Shown one piece after another: positions 59,117 through 64,000 of a stretch of DNA of 64,000 nucleotides. The translations under genes were made by a program, and so were the position numbers. Positions within the stretch are counted from its first letter, which is position 1; each line of letters begins with the position of its first letter. The notes beneath the pieces are model-generated. The model had not been told where the DNA came from and searched no databases. It saw only the letters and a program-made list of their open reading frames with translations. The DNA comes from Planctomycetota bacterium (GTDB lineage Bacteria; Planctomycetota; UBA1135; UBA2386), in NCBI GenBank assembly GCA_965228735.1, contig OZ245838.1, positions 2,720,001 to 2,784,000 on the forward strand, in the 5' to 3' direction.

Positions 59117-59219
59117 GGCCGCAGGATCGGGCGCCGACCCGAGGCAGTCAAACCGCAGGCGCCCGATTGCCGGGGGATTTGCTGCGCGGCCTCGGACCCG
59201 AACCTATCCTCCCGCGGGC

Positions 59220-59798
59220 ATGCGCACGCTGCTCGGAGTCTCACGCGGCATCGATCGCCTGAACCGCGGGCTCGGGCGCGCCGTCGCGTGGCTGCTGCTC
59301 GTCATGGTCGCGATCGGCGCCTACAACGCGATCGCGCGCTGGTCGGAGAAGTACACGGGCGTGCCACTGTCGTCCAACGCGTGGCTCGAGCTGCAGTGGT
59401 ACCTGTTCAGCCTGGTCTTCCTGCTCGGCGCGCCATGGGCGCTGCGGCGCGGTGATCACGTCCGCGTCGACGTGATCTACGGCGGGCTGCCCGAACGCGG
59501 GCGCTGGTGGATCGACCTGTTCGGCACGCTGATCTTCCTGATCCCGTTCTGCATCTTCGCGGTCTGGATCAGCATCGACTTCGTCGCCGACTCGTGGGCC
59601 GAGGGCGAGATGTCGAACGACCCCGGCGGGCTGCCGCGCTGGCCGCTGAAGCCGGTCGTGCCGATCGCGTTCCTGCTGATCCTGCTGCAGGGCGTCTCCG
59701 AATTGTGCAAGCGCGTCGCCCTGCTGCGCGGCGCGACGCCCACCGAGGCCGGCCTCGTCGAGCCGGACGACAGCCGGGAGCCCGAGGAGGTCGCGTGA
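59220..59798 (+). CDS. dctQ: TRAP transporter small permease
   Basis: ELQWYLF, HVRVDVIY, SNDPGGLPRW; four TM segments. Confidence 0.93.
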   Translation: MRTLLGVSRGIDRLNRGLGRAVAWLLLVMVAIGAYNAIARWSEKYTGVPLSSNAWLELQWYLFSLVFLLGAPWALRRGDHVRVDVIYGGLPERGRWWIDLFGTLIFLIPFCIFAVWISIDFVADSWAEGEMSNDPGGLPRWPLKPVVPIAFLLILLQGVSELCKRVALLRGATPTEAGLVEPDDSREPEEVA

Positions 59799-61129
59799 TG
59801 CACGAACCGCTCGGCCCCTTGATGTTCGTCGTCGTATTCCTGCTGATCTTCGTCGGCTACCCGGTCGCGTTCGCGCTCGGCGGCACGGCGCTGATCTTCG
59901 GCCTGCTCGGCATCGCGGCGGAGCGGTTCGGCATCGACTACCTGCAGCTGTTCCCCGAACGCGTGTTCGGGGTCATGAGCAACCAGATCCTGCTCGCGAT
60001 CCCGTTCTTCATCTTCATGGGAACGATGCTCGAACGGTCGCGGCTGGCAGAGGACCTGCTGCGAACGATCGGGCTCGTCTTCGGGCCCGTGCGCGGCGGA
60101 CTCGCGCTCGCCGTAGTGTTCGTCGGCGCGCTGCTCGCAGCGGCGACGGGCGTCGTCGGCGCATCCGTCGTCGCGATGGGCATGATCTCGCTGCCGATCA
60201 TGCAGCGCTATGGCTACGGCAAGGAGCTGTCCACGGGCGTGATCTGCGCCGCCGGCACGCTCGGCCAGATCATTCCGCCGAGCGTCGTGCTCGTCGTGCT
60301 CGCGGATCAGCTCGGCGAGAGCCTCGGCGACCTGTTCCGCGGCGCGCTGCTGCCCGGTCTCATGCTCGCCGGCCTCTACGCGCTCTACGTCGTCTGGCTC
60401 GCATGGCGCCATCCCGAACGCACGCCGGCGATCCCGGCACGAGAGCGCGAACGCGTCCCCCACCTCGGCCGCGAGGTCATCAAGGTCATGCTCCCGCCGC
60501 TGCTGCTGATCGTCGTCGTCCTCGGCAGCATCTTCGCCGGCATCGCGACGCCGAGCGAAGCTGGCGCGCTGGGTGCGGTCGGCGCGATGATCCTCGCGGC
60601 GTCGACGAAGCGGCTCGACCGCGCGTGCCTGCGTGACACGGCGCAGTCGACGCTGCGCATCTGCAGCATGGTCATGTTCCTGCTGATCGGCTCGACGGCG
60701 TTCGCGATGGTGTTCCGCGGCCTGCACGGCGACGTCTGGATCGAGGAGCTGCTGACCAATCTGCCCGGTGGCGAGGTCGGCCTGCTCGTCGTCGCCAACC
60801 TCGCGATCTTCGTCCTCGGCTTCTTCATCGACTTCTTCGAGATCGCGTTCATCCTGCTGCCGCTGCTCGCGCCGGCCGCGCGCGCGCTCGGCATCGAGAA
60901 CGAACGGATGATCTGGTTCGGCGTGATGATCGCGATCAACCTGCAGACGAGCTTCCTCACGCCGCCGTTCGGGTTCTCGCTGTTCTATCTGCGCGGCGTC
61001 GCGCCGAGCTCGATCCCGACGAGCGCGATCTACCGCGGCGCAATCCCGTTCATCGCGATCCAGCTCGTCGGCCTCGGGCTCGTGATCGCGTTCCCGGAGC
61101 TCGTAACGGCGCTGCTCGAACCACGTTGA
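59798..61129 (+). CDS. dctM: TRAP transporter large permease
   Basis: GYPVAF, LAIPFFIFMG, GTLGQIIPPS, ATPSEA, QTSFLTPPFG. Confidence 0.96.
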   Translation: MHEPLGPLMFVVVFLLIFVGYPVAFALGGTALIFGLLGIAAERFGIDYLQLFPERVFGVMSNQILLAIPFFIFMGTMLERSRLAEDLLRTIGLVFGPVRGGLALAVVFVGALLAAATGVVGASVVAMGMISLPIMQRYGYGKELSTGVICAAGTLGQIIPPSVVLVVLADQLGESLGDLFRGALLPGLMLAGLYALYVVWLAWRHPERTPAIPARERERVPHLGREVIKVMLPPLLLIVVVLGSIFAGIATPSEAGALGAVGAMILAASTKRLDRACLRDTAQSTLRICSMVMFLLIGSTAFAMVFRGLHGDVWIEELLTNLPGGEVGLLVVANLAIFVLGFFIDFFEIAFILLPLLAPAARALGIENERMIWFGVMIAINLQTSFLTPPFGFSLFYLRGVAPSSIPTSAIYRGAIPFIAIQLVGLGLVIAFPELVTALLEPR

Positions 61130-61213
61130 GCGAACGGGCCCGAGCCCGCGAGGCACCGGAGCCAGCGGGGCCCCCTGCACCTGCCGGCCGGACCCGTTAC
61201 ATTCCGTACCGTC

Positions 61214-62122
61214 ATGGATCTCCCGGGAACGCAAGCGAGCCCGCTGCCGTACTGCGGAGCCGTCGACCAGCGTCGCGACCGGATCGGCACCCGCTACTCG
61301 CTGCCGCGTTGTTCGACGGACCTGAGCGAGCGCACGCGGTACGACTACAACACGCTCGGCTACCGCGGGCCGGAGTTCGATCCCAACGCGCGGCTGCGGA
61401 TCTACGCGTTCGGCGAGAGCGACGCGTTCGGCGTCGGCGTCGAGCTGGCGGACGCCTGGCCGTCCCGCGTCGCCGAGTTCGTGCGCACGAGGCTCGGACT
61501 CGCGGATCGCGAAGTGTGCTGCCTCAACTTCGCCGAGCCGGGCGGGTCCAACGCGCTGATCGCGCGATCGGTGATCAGCCAGTGCACGGCAGCGCCGCCG
61601 CACCTCGTGCTCGTCAACCTCGCGGAAGCGCGCCGCGCCGAGGTGCTCGTCGAGGACGAAGCGTTCAACGCCGGACCGTGGTTCGAGGACCCGAAGGAGC
61701 GGCGCCGGATCAAGCGGAGCGTGCGAGGGCACCCGCGCGCCGCGGTCTACGGGGAAGCGCTCGATCGGGCCGCCGGATACCTCACGTTCGCCAACCACCT
61801 GAACGCCGCGCAGGCCACCCTGCACGACCTGCTCCTCATGCAGCTGTTCGTCAAGAGCCGGAACATCCCCGCGATCGCGACCGCGCGCCCGGCGCTCGAC
61901 CCGACGCGCGGACCGCAGTGCAACCACGCGGCCACGCGACCGTTGCTCGCCGCCGTCGACCCGAGCTTCTTCGCGGCGCACGCGGTCCGCACCAGCGAGC
62001 ATGCGCCGGCGGCCGATGGCGCGCACCTGGGCACGGCGGCGCAGCGAGCGATCGCGGACACGATCTGCCGGCAACTCGAGACCCGTGGTGTGCTTGCGCG
62101 GGTACAGGCGGCAGTGCGTTGA
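61214..62122 (+). CDS. SGNH/GDSL-like hydrolase
   Basis: YNTLGYRG, FGESDAFGVG (block I), NFAEPGGSN (block II), DGAH (block V). Confidence 0.7.
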   Translation: MDLPGTQASPLPYCGAVDQRRDRIGTRYSLPRCSTDLSERTRYDYNTLGYRGPEFDPNARLRIYAFGESDAFGVGVELADAWPSRVAEFVRTRLGLADREVCCLNFAEPGGSNALIARSVISQCTAAPPHLVLVNLAEARRAEVLVEDEAFNAGPWFEDPKERRRIKRSVRGHPRAAVYGEALDRAAGYLTFANHLNAAQATLHDLLLMQLFVKSRNIPAIATARPALDPTRGPQCNHAATRPLLAAVDPSFFAAHAVRTSEHAPAADGAHLGTAAQRAIADTICRQLETRGVLARVQAAVR

Positions 62123-62137
62123 CCCCGGGGCGGCGCG

Positions 62138-63271
62138 TCAGCTCCCGTGCGCGAACTTCGCGTAGCTGAGTTCGTTCGTTCCGAACCAGCGGAAGCTCTC
62201 GGTGCGGAACTTGCGCCAGTGCTCGAGGATCTCGCGATACGACGAGTCACCCGCGGCCTCGTCGTCGAGCAGGCTCTCCGACGCGTCGCGCGCCGCGCGC
62301 ATGATGTCGTCGCCGAACGGGCGCAGCTGCACACCGTTGTCGAGGAGCCGCCGCAGCGCCTGCGGGTTCTGGTGGTCGTAGCGCCGCTGCATCGTCGCGG
62401 CCGCGACCTGCGTCGCCGCTTCGAACGCGGCCTGGTAGTCGGCCGGCAGCCGATCCCACGCGGCCTGGTTCACGAAGAACCCGAGCGACGGGCCGGGTTC
62501 CCACCAGCCGGGGTAGTAGTAGTTCTTCGCGACGCGGTGGAAGCCGAGCTTCTCGTCGTCGTAGGGCCCGACGAACTCGGTCGCGTCGATCGCGCCGCGC
62601 TCGAGCGCGGGATAGATGTCCCCGCCGGCGAGCACCTGCACCGACACGCCGAGCCGATCCATGACCTTGCCCCCGAGGCCCGGGATGCGCATCCGCAGTC
62701 CGCGCAGTCCACCCACCGACTCGACGGGCTCGCGGAACCACCCGCCCATCTGCGCGCCGGTCGACCCGCAGTAGAAGTTGCGGATGCCGAAGTCGCTGTA
62801 GACCTTCCGCAGCAGCTCGAGCCCACCGGCCTCGAGCAGCCACGCCATCTGCTCCCGCGACGTGAGGCCGAACGGCACGCAGGTATCGAACGCGAGTGCG
62901 GGAGCCTTGCCGGTGTAGTAGTAGCCGCCCGTCTGACCGACCTCGGCCGAACCCTTCTGCACCGCGTCCATCACCTGCAGCCCGGGCACGAGCTCGCCGG
63001 CCTGATGGCACAGGATCCGGAACGCGCCATCCGTCATCGCGGCGACCCGTTCGGCGAGCACCTCGGACGCCCCGTACAGCGTGTCGAGCGAACTCGGGAA
63101 GCTCGACGCGAGCCGCCACTCGACGAGTTTCCGCCCCTTCGCGACCCCGGCGCGCGCGCCGGCATCGCGCCGCATGACCCCGGTCGTCGCGGCCCCGACG
63201 ACCCCGGCCGCAGCGCCCACGAGCCCCCCGGTCAGAAACGTCCGCCGCTGATCGAAACCCGAATCGGCCAT
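62138..63271 (-). CDS. dctP: TRAP substrate-binding protein (TakP-like) with Tat signal
   Basis: QRRTFL, WRLASSFP, QMGGWF, MRIPGLGG, LERGAIDATEFVGPYDD, YYYPGWWEP. Confidence 0.95.
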   Translation of the reverse strand: MADSGFDQRRTFLTGGLVGAAAGVVGAATTGVMRRDAGARAGVAKGRKLVEWRLASSFPSSLDTLYGASEVLAERVAAMTDGAFRILCHQAGELVPGLQVMDAVQKGSAEVGQTGGYYYTGKAPALAFDTCVPFGLTSREQMAWLLEAGGLELLRKVYSDFGIRNFYCGSTGAQMGGWFREPVESVGGLRGLRMRIPGLGGKVMDRLGVSVQVLAGGDIYPALERGAIDATEFVGPYDDEKLGFHRVAKNYYYPGWWEPGPSLGFFVNQAAWDRLPADYQAAFEAATQVAAATMQRRYDHQNPQALRRLLDNGVQLRPFGDDIMRAARDASESLLDDEAAGDSSYREILEHWRKFRTESFRWFGTNELSYAKFAHGS

Positions 63272-63293
63272 GAACCAGAGCCTACGTGGTGAT

Positions 63294-63415
63294 GCCGTAC
63301 GGTACGCGGTTCAAACCGCAAGGCCGTACGGTACCTGGTTCATGCTGCCGGCCGCGAGGGCGTTGCCTCCCGGGCGGCGTTGCGGCCGGCAGCATGAACC
63401 AGGTACCGTACGGCC
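63294..63415. repeat. Palindromic element with perfect 34-bp inverted arms plus an extra upstream arm
   Basis: GGCCGTACGGTACCTGGTTCATGCTGCCGGCCGC (63322-63355) and its reverse complement (63382-63415). It is preceded by GCCGTACGGTACGCGGTTCAAACCGCAAGG, which shares GGTTCAAACCGCAAGGC with the 7649 element. Confidence 0.9.
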
Positions 63416-63416
63416 A

Positions 63417-64000
63417 TCACAGCCACTGCTGCACTGCTGCGAGCACCGTGCGCGGTTCGATCAGCGCCTGGCAGTGCGGGACCTTGTCACAACGTGGCAG
63501 GTAGCAGCAGATGCAGTCCAGGTCGGGCACGAGCTTGCTGCCGCGGCCGTAGAGTTCGATCTCGGGTGCCGAGGTCGGGCCGAAGAGGACGACGGCCGGG
63601 GTCTTGCGCGCGGCCGCGACGTGCACCGCGAGCGAGTCGCTCGTGACGACGACGCGGCAGGCGTCGATGAGGGCGGCGAAGCGACCGAACGTGTTCTCGT
63701 TGCCGCCGTCGAACACCGGTCGGCCCTCGGCGCCGGCGATCAGGTCGCGATGGCGCGCGCTCTCCTCCGGGCCACCGAGCAGCAGAACGGCGAGCCCAGC
63801 GTCGGTCGCGAGTTCGAGGAACGTGCGCTGGTGCTCGAGCGTCCAGCGCTTGTATTCCCACCGCCCGCCCGCACCCGTGTTGAGTCCGACGAGCGGTCGG
63901 TCGCTGCCGAGACCGGCCACGAACTCCTTCGCGCTCGCGGTCTCGCGTTCCTTCGGCTCGAGCACCGGCTCCGTCACCTGCGCCGGGTCGAAGCCGAGCA
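63417..64000 (-). CDS. Glycosyltransferase family 9 (heptosyltransferase-like); 5' end outside the window
   Basis: LNTGAG...KRW, LLGGPEE, VTSDSLAVHVAAA, VLFGPT. Confidence 0.92.
   Translation of the reverse strand, partial: LGFDPAQVTEPVLEPKERETASAKEFVAGLGSDRPLVGLNTGAGGRWEYKRWTLEHQRTFLELATDAGLAVLLLGGPEESARHRDLIAGAEGRPVFDGGNENTFGRFAALIDACRVVVTSDSLAVHVAAARKTPAVVLFGPTSAPEIELYGRGSKLVPDLDCICCYLPRCDKVPHCQALIEPRTVLAAVQQWL

Overview
A high-GC bacterial chromosome segment, most likely Planctomycetota. This is inferred from the EF-Tu effector region KGGTVRD and from the sulfatase and FG-GAP content. It is mostly housekeeping: a tRNA-Thr/Tyr/Gly/Thr-tuf-tRNA-Trp-secE-nusG-[inserted secreted protein]-rplK-rplA cluster, aroC, mutS2, a trans-sulfuration enzyme, HU/IHF, trpS, an MCE/Mla ABC operon, an arylsulfatase, two FG-GAP lipoproteins, ppa, riboflavin synthase, trmD-rplS-secDF-nadB-hflX, a large S8 protease, pyc, kdsB-pyrG, a CE15 esterase, a split TRAP transporter and a GT9 gene. 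Main findings: (1) A complete group II intron (14340-16331, minus) splits one arm of a long palindromic element. Its EBS1/EBS2 match the conserved end of a dispersed palindromic repeat family seen at four loci, so it may home into a REP/MITE-like repeat. (2) An uncharacterised Trp-Pro-repeat lipoprotein is translationally coupled to mlaE-mlaF-mlaD and is a candidate new MCE envelope component. (3) A ~110-aa C-terminal module appears on four exported proteins of three unrelated types and is a candidate sorting or anchoring domain. (4) Several enzymes carry substitutions in catalytic motifs (EF-Tu P-loop D->A, a subtilase with a Glu-His-Ser triad). All calls come from reading the sequence by eye; no searches were run.
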